Positions 45,578 through 59,375 of a stretch of 64,000 bases of DNA are shown here, one piece after another. Source of the DNA: the human T2T-CHM13v2.0 reference genome, Homo sapiens; the NCBI RefSeq assembly GCF_009914755.1, contig NC_060928.1. One strand, written 5' to 3'. Below the pieces are notes generated by a model that had not been told where the DNA came from, searched no databases, and was given only the letters and a program-made list of their open reading frames with translations. Position 1 is the stretch's first letter. Every line of letters starts with the position of its first letter. The position numbers were made by a program, and so were the translations under genes.

Positions 45578-46143
45578 ACCTACTTTTCCAAACATATTTA
45601 TTCATTATTCAAATTTGTCTCATTAGAGTCCCTCAATCATGCAGCCACATCCCTTCGGGCCCAGAATTCATTTTCATCCAACCCATATTTACCAGTCTGC
45701 CCATCTTGTGCCAGGCACTGTGCTAGGTGCTAATGGTCACAGTGGTGAACAAGCCAGACATGGTTTCCTGGAATCTACATTCTGGTGCAATGTTCCTCTG
45801 CCTTTCTCCCTTCTTATCAGTCTCATTTCTTCTTCAAGAGCCCCCCTGAGTTCTTCCCACCTCTACTCAAATCATCCCAGCCCAGAGTCACATGGTACCT
45901 GCAGAACTTCCCTAGCTCTCACTGTTTGTATTGCTCTTTTGGTACTTACAATTCTTTATGTTACATTTTGTGTTTATGTATTACCTATGCAGCTTGACTT
46001 TTAAATGTTTGAGGATAGAAGCAGCCTTTTATATTTTTGTGTGGTAAAGCAAATTGGCATGCAATAAAAATGATATTTATCATGTATTGAGTGCTTATTA
46101 TTTTCCAGGGAAAGAAATTTTCAAAACTATGGGAGTAGGTAAG

Positions 46144-46630
46144 TGTATTAATCTTGTCTTGTATTTGCTATATTTGGATGCTTTGACATCTCGGGTTTTG
46201 CTGACCCTGGAGGAACTTCTCCCAGTGTTAACCAATCCCTAGAGGTAGTAAACAACTTGCTCTCTAGTGTGTTCTTCAAATGCAAACCAAAACAGAGCCC
46301 GCACCCCAACCATTTCCTTAATGGGGCTGTCATACTCCATTATCTATTAATCACCACAGGAGCAGGTATCGGGTAACTACAGACAGTCCCTATGCCTCAG
46401 AGCCTGCTGAAGTTATTCAAATTATCCAATCCTAAGACTGCCCCCACCACCTCGCCCTTGCATTGCCCACAGTTATTCCCTTTCCCTCTGCCTCCTGACC
46501 AAGACTGAGGCTTCCCTGTTTGCCCCACCCCTACCCCCATGCTATGGTGTGCCCCCTTTCCTGGGAACCTTGAGAAACAAACTATCTCTTCAATGGCAGT
46601 CACCTCCTGATCTGTCCATCTTAACTGTAC
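46144..46630 (+). mobile_element. Old ERV LTR, family uncertain
   Basis: LTR-like blocks ccaatccctagaggtagtaaacaacttgc, atgcaaaccaa, cagagcctgctgaagttattcaaa, tcaatggcagtcacctcctgatctg. Confidence 0.5.
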
Positions 46631-46937
46631 GTCGAGTTTTCTATGAATACTCTGTAGTTTAAAGCAGTCAGGAAGTTATCAGATTTTTTTAAGGAGGAAG
46701 TTGCATGGGAAAACTTAAATAATATTGTTTTATATTTGGGAAAAAAAGTCAATTGTTCTGGAACATCAAATAAAGTAAAATCTGACTTCCTTTTCCTGGT
46801 AGGTGGAATATCTGATTCTGCCATGATTCTCTCCCCGGGTCAGCAGTGGAGGAACTACATGATGAGGAAGGAAAGAGACGTTTGTGTTGGTCTAAAGGGA
46901 GCCATATTAGGATAGGACAAGGATGTTGTAACAAAGG

Positions 46938-47353
46938 CATCTTAGTCCATTCTTGCATTGCTTTAAAGAAATACCTGAGGCTGGGTAATTTCTAAAGAAA
47001 AGAGGTTTAATTGGCTCACAGTTCTGTAGGCTGTACAGGAAGCATGGTGCTGGCATCTGCTTCTGGTAAAGGCCTTAGGAAGCTTTCAAGCATGGCAGAA
47101 GGCAATTGTGAGCCAGAACATCACATGGCCAGAGAGGGAGCAAGAGGGGAGGTAGGGGGAGGGCCACACTCTTAAACAACTAGATCTCATGTGAACTGAA
47201 TGGGAATTCACTCATCACTAAGGGAATGCCACTAAGTCATTAATTGGGGATCCGCCCCCATGACCCCAACACCTCCCACCAGGCCCCACCTCCAGTACTG
47301 AGGGATTATATTTCAACATGAGATTTAGAGGGACAAACCTCCAAACTATATCA
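46938..47353 (-). mobile_element. MSTB solo LTR nested in an MLT1J-like LTR (~46900-47660)
   Basis: catcttagtccattc...gggacaaacctccaaactatatca; perfect TSD aaagg. Confidence 0.88.
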
Positions 47354-49029
47354 AAAGGGGTACAACAATTAACCTAGAACTTAAAAAAGCTAGAAGTTTA
47401 TTGCTGTGGGAGGTGAGTAGTCAAGGTTGTTAAGAGCTCTGTTCCATACAATCATTGAGGCCCTTGGGGCCTTCATCTCATCTGCATGATCGAGTCTGGG
47501 TGCCATTGGTTCTAGTCAGGCAAGGTGAAACAGCATAGAGGAGGCACATCCAGTGTCATAGGCAGTAGCTCAAAATGGCCTACATGGTGTTCACTCACAT
47601 TCTATTGGAGAGAACTTAGTCCCAGGGCCACATACAACTGCAAGGCGGCTACCATTCAGTTACCATGGAAGGAGAGAAAACTGACTTGGGGGAGAGTGAC
47701 ACTCTCTTACAGCACCATAGGTGGCAAAAGCCTGAGAAATACAGCCTTGCATGCATCTTACGGGTTTTATTATTTTCATTTGACAGCTGGGGACACTTAA
47801 GCTCAGAATGATAAAGTAATTAATTAATCCAAGGTCATACCTGTAGTTGAAAGTGGAACTGGAATCTGAAGTCAAGACTACAGGATTTTAAAGCATCTTT
47901 TCCTTGCATTTTCTTAAACACTTGGTACTCTACATTCCTTTCTGTTCTTACTAATAGTCTTCAGTTTAAACATTTATCTCTTTTAGTTTGAGTCAAGTGT
48001 TTATTTTGCTCTTTTTCCTTCTAAAGCCTATAATTTACAAAATATGCCCATCTATATTGATTGTGTTTTCTTTCAGCTCACATCTCCCTTTATTTAACTT
48101 CCCTCATGTTCATTTTTCTTGCATTTGGTCACTCTTCTTTCACATCTGAATTATCATAATTCAAACATTGTTTTTCTGATCTATTCAGTGTTTATATCAT
48201 TGTTTGTTTTTCTTTCCTCACCTTTTTAATAACTATTCCTGTGGAAATATGAATACTTTTGGTCTGAGTTAGCCTATCTTGATGTCAATCAATTAATAAA
48301 GTCCAGGAAATAATAAAGTTACTTTAAGTTTCCAAAACATGTTTGCACGTGAAATGCCAAGCCATTTTATTAAATACACTTGAAGTATTGTATTAACTCT
48401 TTTTAAATTCAGTGTACAAAACAAGCTGTCATATAGTAAGGTTGCTGATAATCACAAAGTAAGTACCTAGAAACATCTAAATTCTAAGCCATGACATCAT
48501 TGTTCCCAAGTAATAAGGTAAGAAAGGTAACTTGAAAGTGCAGGAGCCAACATGATAAACAGTAACATTATTTCCTGGTTTTTACTATGTAAATTTCCAT
48601 GTACTTGGGCTTTAGCCTGGAAAACATTTATATAAATTAATTATATCAGATTAACAAAGGGAAAATCAACTGGATTTTGAACTTACTAATTTCAAGAGAA
48701 CATTCCAAATAATAAGAGAAATTAAAAATTAATTTTTCTCTTACAAGTAGATCTATGCAGCTACTGTCCTAAAACTTCAAAAGTTTGTGTAGTCAAAAGA
48801 AAGAAATTAAATACTATTTAATGCCCCTAATAGAGTAAATATTTTCTTGCATCTTTTGTCTATAGTTCTAGTAGTCATGGAAAATGGAAGATGCATTTTG
48901 TTTTTTAAAAAAAGTCATAAAAAAATGGATTAATGATACTCATCAAAGCATCAATTAGGAAGCAAATGTGGATGAGCTCCATAGCTAGAGAGAGGGTGAA
49001 ATCCAGCTGCGTTCTTCAGAGGAGGCTAA

Positions 49030-49370
49030 CCGCTGTGACAATCAGCCCCAGCACTCCAGTGTTCATTTTTCATTTGTGAAATAACACAATGTGAGTGTTC
49101 CTGGACAGGTGGCCCTGCTGTATGGCTCTTTCCAAGCAATGACTCGGGACCCAGGCTCCTTCAATCTTGTATCTCCGCCATCACCTAGGGCATCAGAGTC
49201 CTCTGACTTCCAGCTTCGCAGATAACAAGAAAACAAGAGTGGAGGATTTGGGAGGAAGATAGTCAACAGACCACATACCCAGGAGCAAGACTGGGAAATT
49301 GAGTCTGGTTCTACATCCTGGAAGAAAAGGAAACAGGATAGTAATTACTGCCATGCCAGCATCTCTCTCC
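49030..49370 (-). mobile_element. Old MLT1 (I/J-like) LTR fragment
   Basis: gactcgggacccaggctccttcaatcttgt...gactgggaaattgagtct. Confidence 0.5.
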
Positions 49371-49433
49371 CAACACAATACAAAGCAACTAATTTTCAAA
49401 GTAACTCCATTTATATCCATTTCTGTAGGAAAG

Positions 49434-49840
49434 TGCAATGGTTAATTTTGCATCAACTTGACTGAGATAAGGGATGCCCAGATAACTGGTGAAACATTAT
49501 TTCTGTGTGTATCTGGAAGAGATTAGCATTTGAATTGGTAACTGAGAAAAGAAGATCACCCTCACCAAAGTGGGTAGGTGTCATCTAATCCACTGAGGGC
49601 CTGAATAGAACAAAAAGGGAGAAGAAGAGGGAATTTGCTCTCTCTGTTTGAGCTGAGACATCCATCTTCTCCTGCCTTCAGTCATGGAAGCTCCTGGTTC
49701 TCAGGCTTTAGGACTCAGACTGTGACTTGTACCATCAGCACCCCTGGCTCTAAGGCTTTCAGATTCAGAGTAAATTACACCTCCAGCTTCTCTGGTTCTC
49801 ACGGCGCTTCTTGGCCTCCATAACGGCACTAGCCTATTCT
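49434..49840 (+). mobile_element. MLT2 (ERVL) LTR
   Basis: atggttaattttgcatcaacttgactg, aaacattatttctg, gagattagcatttgaattgg, gagggcctgaatagaacaaaaagg. Confidence 0.82.
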
Positions 49841-50206
49841 TTTATATACATATAAAATGAGAATTGTTACTCCAAAGGAAGATTATCTTGTGTGGGCCTA
49901 ATCAGGTGAGCCCATTAAAAGAGGGCCTAAGAGTCAGAGACAGAACACAGAGAGATTTGAAGCAGCAGAAGACACTCTCTGTTGTCCTTGAAGAAGCAGT
50001 TCCATGTTGTTTTGAAGAATTCAAATCCCTTCATAAATGTACATAATGTCTATGCCATTTATAAACAAAATGTAGCTTTCCAATTTATTTTGTGCGATGG
50101 AAGGATCAACAAGAAATTCAATGCTGCACAGGTAGCCACATTTCATAATCTGTATATTTGGAGATGTGTCCAGGTGGCAGCTTGGCAGCTCCACTGTCCC
50201 CTGTAG

Positions 50207-50520
50207 CTTCTTCTTCTTGTTCTTCTACTTCTTCTTCTTCATTTTTTTTTTTTTTGTTTTTTGAGAGGGAGTCTCATGCTATCACCTACACTGGAGCTCA
50301 CTGCAGCCTCCACCTCTTGAGTCCAAGTAGTTCTAGTGCCTCAGCCTCCTGAATAGCTGGGTCTAAAGGTGTGCACCACCACACCCGGCTAATTTTTGTA
50401 TTCTTAATAGAGACAGGGTTGCACCATGTTGGCTAGGCTGATCTCAAACTCCTGACCTCAAGTGATCCATCTGCCTCAACTTCCCAAAGTGCTAGGATTA
50501 CAGGCGTGAGCCACCACATC
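50207..50520 (-). mobile_element. Alu (Jb/Sz-like) with deletions and (CTT)n-derived tail
   Basis: Dimer remnant; flanking cc(c/t)gtagct repeat. Confidence 0.85.
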
Positions 50521-51200
50521 CACTCCCCACCCTCCCCGTAGCTCTTCCAAGGGTTTTCACACCAGCATGGCTACCTAGCAATAAAGTCTCACCATTAGGA
50601 TTCTGTGGTTTGCAGCACAGATACCATTCCTTCCACACAGTATTCTAAAACATGCAGAACCATTTAACATGGAATCTTTTGAAATCCCAAAGCCACAGTG
50701 ATCTTTTAAATTCACAAATCTGATCACATCACTTACCTGCTTAAAATTACCCAATGACCACCATTGTCTACACTGTGAAGTTCAACCAATGCCCTGACAA
50801 TCTAGACCCTGCGTCCCTGTCTAGCTTCATCTCTGGCCCCTCTCCATACACAGGCTCTCGAATCTACTTGTTGTGAACACATGTTGTTATTTCCTACCTG
50901 AATGTCTCAGCTGCTCTGGCCTTCTCCTTCTTTGAACTAACATCTATTTGTCCTTGAGAACTTTACTTCAACTGCCATCTCTTTTTGCGTTCATTATTTG
51001 TTCCAATTATTTGACCCTTATACGAGTATCACTCCTTTCCAAATTATTCAGTTTCTGAGATTGAGTGGTGAAGGTTTAGTAGTGAGTTTGGGTAGCAAGG
51101 GATACTTATATTATTTAAATATATTTGGTTCCCAGTTTCAAAGAGCAAGTATTAAGTGTATGGATAGTGAGGGCCCTAAGCAGTATGTTAATATAAATAA

Positions 51201-51202
<2 letters not shown>

Positions 51203-51243
<41 letters not shown>
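51203..51243. repeat. Perfect (AC)20 microsatellite
   Basis: Uninterrupted AC run. Confidence 0.97.
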
Positions 51244-51244
<1 letters not shown>

Positions 51245-51334
51245 CTAATCAGTTCCTGATATTGGATAGCAAGGCTACCTGATTATAGTTTTATTTCACA
51301 ACTTACTTTTCATGTACATACATGATGTACAAAG

Positions 51335-51570
51335 GCAGCATAGTCTATAGGGTTAATGGTATAGGGTCTTCAGCATGACTGCCCAGGTTGAAACCCCAGC
51401 TCTACTGTTTACCAGCCTACCTCTCTTCCTCATTTTCCATAGTTGTAAAATGGAAAAATAATAGGGCCAATCCCATTAAATTGAGAGGATTAAATGAGTT
51501 AATACATATAAAGTATTTACAATTGAACATGGCTCATGGAAAACACTCCATAAGTATTAGCTGTTAGCAG
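51335..51570 (+). mobile_element. MIR SINE
   Basis: ggcagcatagt...cccagctctactgtttaccagc...tgtaaaatgg...gaggattaaatgagttaatacatataaag. Confidence 0.75.
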
Positions 51571-52087
51571 TAGTCATAGTAATTGTTTTGTTATTTATGC
51601 CTTGGTTTGTTCCAAAAAGAATGTAAGGTAGTGTGTGTAAATGTGTGTGTGTGCGTGTGTGTGTGTGTGTGCATTTTACTCCTCAATTAGCTTGCATGCT
51701 TCCTAGGGGCAGCAGCTGTGGCCTGTAATTTCTTTGTGTATTTTTAAAATGGCTAGCACAGTGCCAAGTATATGGTGAGTGCACAATAAGTATTAATTCC
51801 TCCTCCCCTTTTCTCCTTAAAATACACACCATGTTAGTCTCTGTTTTCTCCCACTACGCTGAGCACCATGCTTGGCTCAATGGTATATGTGTGTTGCTCG
51901 GTTGGACTGTTGTTGATTGCCACAGCTTGTTGAGCCCTACAGAAGTGCCTCAGCCTTGGACGGATATTCACTGACCCATTCAACAATCTTGTCCACCATT
52001 TTGTCTGCAGATTGAGTGTGCAGTGTTAATGAGCTTTGACAAGACAGAAGAGAACACGTTCACAATAACAATTGAAAATAACCCTTT

Positions 52088-52508
52088 TGATATGGCTGGG
52101 ATATTTGTTCACTCCAAATCTCATGTTGAAATGTGATTCCCCAGTGTTGGTGATGGGGCCTAGTGGGAGGTGCTGGGCCATGGGGATGGATCCTTCATGA
52201 ATGGCTTGGTGCTTTCCTCAAGGTAATGAGTGGTAATAAGTTCAGCTGAGATCTTGTTGTATAAAAGAGTGTGGCATCTCCCCACTCTCTCTCTCTCTCT
52301 TGCACCCTCTCTCTTCATGTGACACACTTGCTTTCCCTTCACCTTCTTCCATGAGTAAAAGCTTCCTGAGGCCTCCCCTGAAGCAAAGCAGATGCTGATG
52401 CCATGCTTCTACAGCCTGCAGAGCCATGAGACAAATAAACTTCTTTTTTAAAAACAAATTACCCAGTCTCTGGTATTCCTTTATAGAAACACAAAATGGA
52501 CTAACACA
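52088..52508 (+). mobile_element. MSTB-like solo LTR
   Basis: tgatatggc...ccaaatctcatgttgaaatgtg...acaaaatggactaacaca. Confidence 0.87.
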
Positions 52509-52626
52509 CTCTCTATTCTTAATGGGGAGAAAAGCTAGAATTGCAGTGAAATGAAATGTTTGTGAAGAAAATCATGACTGACTTCCATTTAAAAATGTTT
52601 TTTACATTTAAAAATATGTGAAGTTC

Positions 52627-52930
52627 AGCTGGGCACGGTGGCTCATGCCTGTAATCCTAGCACTTTGGGAGGCCAAGGCAGGTGTATTACCTGAGGTCAA
52701 GAGTTCAAGTCCAGCCTGACCAACATGGCGACACCCCCTCTCTATTAAAAATACAAAAATTAGCCAGGCATGATGGCGTGCGACTGTAATCTCAGCTACT
52801 CAAGAGGCTGAGGCAGGAGAATTTCTTGAACCCAGGAAGCAGAGGCTGCAGTGAGCCAAGATCATGCCACTGCACTCCAGCCTGTGTGACAGAACAAGGC
52901 TCTGTCTCAAAAAACTAAAAAATAAAAAAA
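52627..52930 (+). mobile_element. AluS (Sx-like)
   Basis: Full dimer; TSD atgtgaagttca / atgtgaaattca. Confidence 0.92.
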
Positions 52931-53386
52931 AATGTGAAATTCAATGTGCCTGATGATGCTGCCAGAAAAGAGAAAGCTAGCCTGAGTAGACCTTCATTCA
53001 GTTCTACCCTTTCTTAAAGTATGTCCTGTGGAAGCTTAATGCTGAATTAAAGTCTCCTAGAAACCTTATTAGGGGATTTGGGTCAGGGACAATAGTTGTT
53101 CTTCATGACCTTCTTTTGTAACCTCCTAAAGAATGCTGTCTATCATCTCACTAGGTTCACAAGGCTTGTTTTGTCCTTTGTAGTATCTCCCATGGCCCAT
53201 CCAAGGGAAAAGGAAGTTCTTGCTCAAAGAAAGTTTGTGCACTATGCAAATGCAGTGATATCATTTTTCATCAGGCTGAACTAAACAGCACACAACAAAA
53301 CCAAGAACCTACACCACTGCTTGTGCACTTACATGCTAACATAAACTGTACAGATTTATAGTCCCTGATGTGTACAACATCCCTTA

Positions 53387-53761
53387 TGTATTAGTCTGTT
53401 CTCATGCTGCTAATAAAGATATACCTGAGACTGGGTAATTTATAAAGGAAAGAGGTTTAATGGACTCACGTTCCTTAGGGCTGGGGAGGCCTCAGGAAAC
53501 TTACAGTCATGGCAGAAGGAGAAGCAAACACGTCCTTCTTCACATGGCGGCAGCCAGGAGAAATACAGAGTAAAGGGGGGAAAAACCCCTTGTAAAACCA
53601 TCAGATCTTGTGAGAACTCACTTACTATCATGTGAACAGCATGAAGATAACCACCCCCATGGTTCAATTACCACCCACTGAGTCCATCCCACAACACAGG
53701 GGGATTATGGGATCTACAGTTCAAGATGAGATTTCGGTGGGGACACAGCCAAACCATATTA
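53387..53761 (-). mobile_element. THE1C-like solo LTR
   Basis: tgtattagtc...ggggacacagccaaaccatatta; perfect TSD cctta. Confidence 0.92.
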
Positions 53762-54697
53762 CCTTACATATGTGAATTATCTTGTTTGCTTCTGAACAGA
53801 ACAGTGGTAACTACAATTGCTCTACATTTTACATTTAGGTGGATCTTAAGGTGACAAGATTTTACTCCTTTTCACAATTTTTGTGATGGGACAATAAGCA
53901 GGAGAGGAGAAAAAGGCAAAGGAGCATGTAAAAATAAATGACCTGTTTTTTACTATGTCCCCTTTCTCAGTAGAATATGAAAACTTCCTGTGTGGGTCCT
54001 TTTATGGCTGCTTCTAGATTTTCAAAGCTGTCCCAGCTGAGACGCAGGCAAAGAGAAGAAAGAGGCTGGGCTGAAAACCACTGCAATTTCCTGGGGAGAG
54101 AGTGCCCCCGGATGGGCCATTGATCTTCATTGTTCCTGCTAGACAAATAGACTTCTCAACATCAAATAAAACTTTACTTGATGAAGATTTGTTTGGAAGG
54201 ATGCTTTGTTTATATTTCTTTACCCTTTTAGATATTACCTACAATTTCTGAGCACATGTGCCAAGATAAAAGAACTTAACAAGCAAAGAAAAAGGGCGTT
54301 TTTTTCTATAGGGAGAGGTTCTGAAAAATCCAAGAACATAAGACGGGTTTGTATACTGGCTGAACAACATGGGGTGGCTAAACTGGTTGTGTTTCTAAAT
54401 TATTTCAAACAGGCAGAGTTACTAATTTGTCTTATCAGATGCTCAGCATGATAAATCTAAACCAAATTATCCTATCACATGAAGTACTCTTCCCTTAAGA
54501 ATCAATTAAGCATTGGAAAAATGAGAATTCTTACTTCTATGCAGAAATGATACTGTGTGGTTAGCTAAAACTAGGACTGTGTTAGCAAAACACAGACTGT
54601 ATTAGGACTATGATTTGTGTACAAATCACAAAACTGATCATTCCAAAGAGAATGATAGAACAAGGGTAGCCTGGGAGTTTCTGAACTAGCATTGTAA

Positions 54698-55040
<343 letters not shown>

Positions 55041-55450
55041 TCAGCTGGATTACTTTATCCCCAATACTGTCACCCTACTAGTTCCTGTCTTGCAGTGAAA
55101 AATAGCAGATCTGTGAGTCCAGGAGCTGGCTCAGGTTGGGGTTCACTGCTAGAATCACCCAGGTTGCTTTTGATAATGAACTCTATCTTCAGTCTGCAAA
55201 GTAGGTCGTGGGAGAACAAGTGAATTGAATATTGTTCATGAACTTTTATCATTTAATAGGGCTTCACTATAGAAAAAGTAAAAAATACAGGTAAGAATAA
55301 AGTAAAAGTTTTTTTACTTTTAAAAACTTTCCATTACCAAGAAGAAATCCTCTCCACTTTTTAGTGTGCGTTATATCCATCTGGATTTTTCTTTATAGTG
55401 TAAGTATGGTGAAAGCATGTGACTCAAGCTTTGATTCCAAAGTCAGCTAA

Positions 55451-56113
55451 TGTGTTAGTCCATTTTCATGCTGCTGATAAACACATACCCAAGACTGGGT
55501 AATTTATAAAGAAAAAGAGGTTTGGCCAGACACGGTGGCTCACACCTGTAATCCCAGTAATTTGGGAGACTGAGGCAGGTGGATCACCTGAGTTCGGGAG
55601 TTCAAGACCAGCCTGACCAACATGGAGAAACTCCATCTCTACCAAAAATACAAAATTAGCTGGACGTGGTGGTGCATGCCTGTAATCCTACCTACTCAGG
55701 AGGCTGAGGCAGGAGAATTGCTTGAACCCAGGAGGTGGAGGTTGTGGTGAGCCAAGATCGCACCATCGCACTCCAGCCTGAGCAACAAGAGCAAAACTCC
55801 ATCTCAAAAAAAAAAAAAAGGTTTAATGAACTCACAGTTTCACGTGGCTGGGGAGGTTTTACAATCATGGCAGAAAGAGAAAGGCATGTTTTACATGGCA
55901 GCAAGCAAGAGAGAATGAGAGCCAAGCAAAAGGGGTTTCCCCTTATAAAATCATCAGATCTCATGAGACTTATTCACTATGATGAGGACAGTATGGGGGA
56001 AACTACCCCCATGATTCAATTATCTCCCACCAGGTCCCTCCCACAACACATGGGAATTATAGGTGCTACAAATCAAGAGGGGATTTGGGTGGGAACACAG
56101 CCAAACCATATCA
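55451..56113 (-). mobile_element. THE1B-like solo LTR interrupted by AluSp
   Basis: tgtgttagtcc...acacagccaaaccatatca; perfect TSD gctaa. Confidence 0.9.
55524..55819 (+). mobile_element. AluSp
   Basis: Sp diagnostics cgggagttc, ctgaccaacatggagaaac, aacaagagcaaaactcc; TSD aggttt. Confidence 0.92.
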
Positions 56114-56923
56114 GCTAATAAGGAGGGGAAACTTACAAATTATCACTGAACTGTCCTTAAATCACTCATAAGATTCAGTATACACAGTTTTGTGTTTATA
56201 ACCCTGGAGAGTGCTTCTTATATATAAGAAGTTTTGGGAATTGCTCAACTAGAATAAAAGAAGAAACAAAAGTAATATCTTAAAATAACCTGGGAGACAG
56301 GGAAAATTCCAAGTAGTTCTGCTTCCTGGCAGTATTTAATCTGTTATGTTTTAATATTAAGCAGCTATAGCCTTAATACCTATTAACAGATGTATTTAAT
56401 GGATGGATTAAACAAGATAATGGAGTCACACCTTACTGGAATTAAATTCTAAAGTTGGTGCCTAAGAAGCACCTAGGGTGAAATTCCTCTCTCATTCTCT
56501 TCTTTCTCTGCGTGTGTGTGTGTGTGCGTGCGTGTGCACGTGCATGCACACACACACACATACATGTGTAAAACTCAAATCATACATGCTGTTTTGGAGC
56601 CCACTTTTTCCACTTAACAAGATATTTAACCATCTTTCCACAACAATGAAATATTCTAAAACACGTTTTCTATGTATGGTTACTATTCAAAAATGTTTTC
56701 ACATAATTACATTTTTGTTGCTTGTTTTGGAGAATGTGACTTATCTATATGAACTTTACAAATAATGTGCACCATAAGTTACTGGATGGGCCCTCTTTGG
56801 TATCTGAAAATCCAAAGAAACTACATGCCAAGGACCTGAAGCTGAAGGGCCTGTGTTTCTGTAGTGAGCTCTCAGAAGCAAAGGAGGGGACATCACAACC
56901 CAAGCATTAAAATGACTAATTCT

Positions 56924-57242
56924 TTTAACTTTTAAGTTCAAGGGTACATGTGCAGAATGTGCAGGTTTATTACACAGGTAAATGTGTGTCATGCAGTCGG
57001 GGGGCAGTTTGTTGTACAGATTATTTCATCACCCAGGTGTTAAGCCTAGTACCCCTTAGTTATTTTTCTTCATCCTCTCCCTCCTCCCACCTTCCACCTT
57101 CCAATAGGCCCCAGTGTGTGTTGTTCCCCTCTATGTGTCCTTATCATTTAGCTCCCACTTATAAGTGAGAACATGCGGTATTTGGTTTTCTGTTCCTGCA
57201 TTACTTTGCTAAGGATAATGACCTCCAGCTCTATCCATGATG
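56924..57242 (-). mobile_element. L1PA (PA13-16-like) 3' fragment, 5'-truncated
   Basis: gggtacatgtgcag...cccacttataagtgagaacatgcggtatttggttttctgttcc; perfect 12-bp TSD atgactaattct. Confidence 0.92.
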
Positions 57243-57467
57243 ATGACTAATTCTGTTGTTAATTTCTCACCATGGTCCAAGACATTTTGTTTTCCAGCCA
57301 TTTATTAGTTATACTCTTTCCCCATGAAAGTGATTTTGCAGCCTTTAAAGTACAGGGCAATTGCTAGACAAAAACAAGCGAAATGAGGATGGACTAGAAG
57401 GAGAAAAACTGAAGGCAGACAGACAAGACATCTATGGAAATTTCAGGAATGGCAAGGGAGACATTAG

Positions 57468-58427
57468 TGATAGGGACGGGGGCAGAGAAATTCTAGGCAA
57501 ACAGGCAGGTCCCCAGTGAAACCCCATCCTCAAGCCAAAAAGTCTGCAACTGTGGCCCAAAATGAGAATTTTTATCCCTGTTTTATCCCTGTTTTCCCAC
57601 TCAAATGTTGCCTTTTTCTAAACTACCCATGGCCCCACCCCACCCCATCCTGTGCCTATAAAAGTTCCAGCCAGTAGGCAGGAACTATGGCTAGATGTTG
57701 GAGAGAAGTGGCTTGTCTTCAGAGAGACAACTTGTTGGTGTAACTTCAGAGAAGAATCTGGCCAGAGACAGCTGGACCTCAGGGGAAGATTACCTTCCCT
57801 CACTATCCTCTTTTCAGCCCTCCTTCCTGCTAAGAGTCACTTTCATTGGCAATAAAATCCCCCTGCATTTACCATCCTTCAATTCGTTCATGCAACTTCA
57901 TTTTTCCCGGATGCCAGATAAGAGCTTGGGAGACACAAGCGTGGATTCAAAAGGCTGTCACACTGTCCCTTTGCTTTCACAGGTGGAGGGCAGCTGCCTC
58001 ACATGAAAAGGCAAAGGGCCTGAGCTGTTAACTGAGCTGTTAACACTTAAGCCATCCAAAGATGGCAGAGCTAAAAGAGCTCTGTAACACTCCCTCTGGG
58101 GCTTTGGGGGTTGCAGACACCCCTGCCTGGATGCTGCTGTGGGGCCTGCATGGAGTTTGCTCCTGCTGGCGCTAAAGCATCCAGCCAGTTCCTGCACCTT
58201 CTCACCTGTCTGCTCCCTCCTACAAGGGCTGGAATGCAGCAGGTCTGAGTGAGTGGAGTGTGATCCCACCAGTGCCGAAGGAGCTGATTCCAGCACTCAT
58301 CTACTCCAGTTGCCACACTCGTTTGATCATGTGCTCCCTCTCATGAAGAGTTGAGAGTGGTAGGCTGAGTAAATGAAGCACACCTGTCACAAGTCCCTCG
58401 AAGGGGTCAGTGAAATATCCTGCTTCA
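57468..58427 (+). mobile_element. ERV1 solo LTR (LTR28/LTR27/LTR1 group)
   Basis: tgatagggac...aaatatcctgcttca; TSD ttag/ctag; cctataaaag at ~57655 and aataaa at 57851. Confidence 0.8.
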
Positions 58428-58794
58428 CTAGTAGTGATGTTAAAGAAAGGACTGCATGAAAGTGTCAAATTTGAAGACTGTAGGAGAGGAAGAATTAGCA
58501 GGGGTTGGTGATTAACTAAAGATCAGTAGAAGCTGGACATCAACCATGAAATCTCAGTGTTGTGACACGTCCCATCCTTCCAATCCGCAGTCTGTGGAAG
58601 CCAAAAGCTCTCACCTGGATTCTGTCCATTCTCGAGGGCTGCATTTCCCTGGATTCTTCTCCTCTGTGACCTCTTTCTTTCTCAAGAGCTGCATCTGTTC
58701 ACACCAGACAAACTCCCAGTGGAAAACTCATCACTCTCTTTGATTTCCCAAACTAGCTCCTACGCAGCCCACATTTATGAATTCCGTAAATATG

Positions 58795-59290
58795 GCAGAT
58801 GTTATAGGCTTGGTTGATCCAGCACCATGCCTTCTCCCTTGCCTGCATCTATTAAAGAAGATATAAAAGCTAAATTATTTCCTTTCATCCCTTATATTCA
58901 GGGAGGCCACGTGATGCAAGTAGAAACTTGGTAAGGATATTTCTGGGAAAGAACTAACTATCTTTAAGTTAGTTAATTCTTAAAGAAGAACATGGCCATT
59001 GTTGGTACCTTTTTCCTCATTTTCCTTCTCCCTGCCTTGAAATATAAACGTAATGTGTGAGCCCATAGCAACTACCCTAAGACCATAATGTGGCAAGCAT
59101 GAGCACAAAAGCCAACAGAACAAGGATGGTAAAGTGGAAATATAGACAGTGTCTGGGTCCCTGATGGCATCGTTGAACAGCTGAATCCATGCCAACTGCT
59201 ACATAGCTCTGATTTTAAATAAACTCCCATTGATGTAAGCAACCATGAGTCTAGTATTCTATTATTTGCAGCCTAATATGTTCCTAACAA
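58795..59290 (+). mobile_element. Old MLT1 (K/L-like) LTR
   Basis: gggaggccacgtga, ctgggtccctgatggcatcgttgaacagctgaatc, ttatttgcagcctaa. Confidence 0.55.
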
Positions 59291-59375
59291 ACAAAGAACT
59301 CTTTGTTGTGATATTTTGGAGGTCCCAGGGAAGGTGAAAATTATGCAACTTTTCACCATCTTGCTTATCCCCTAC

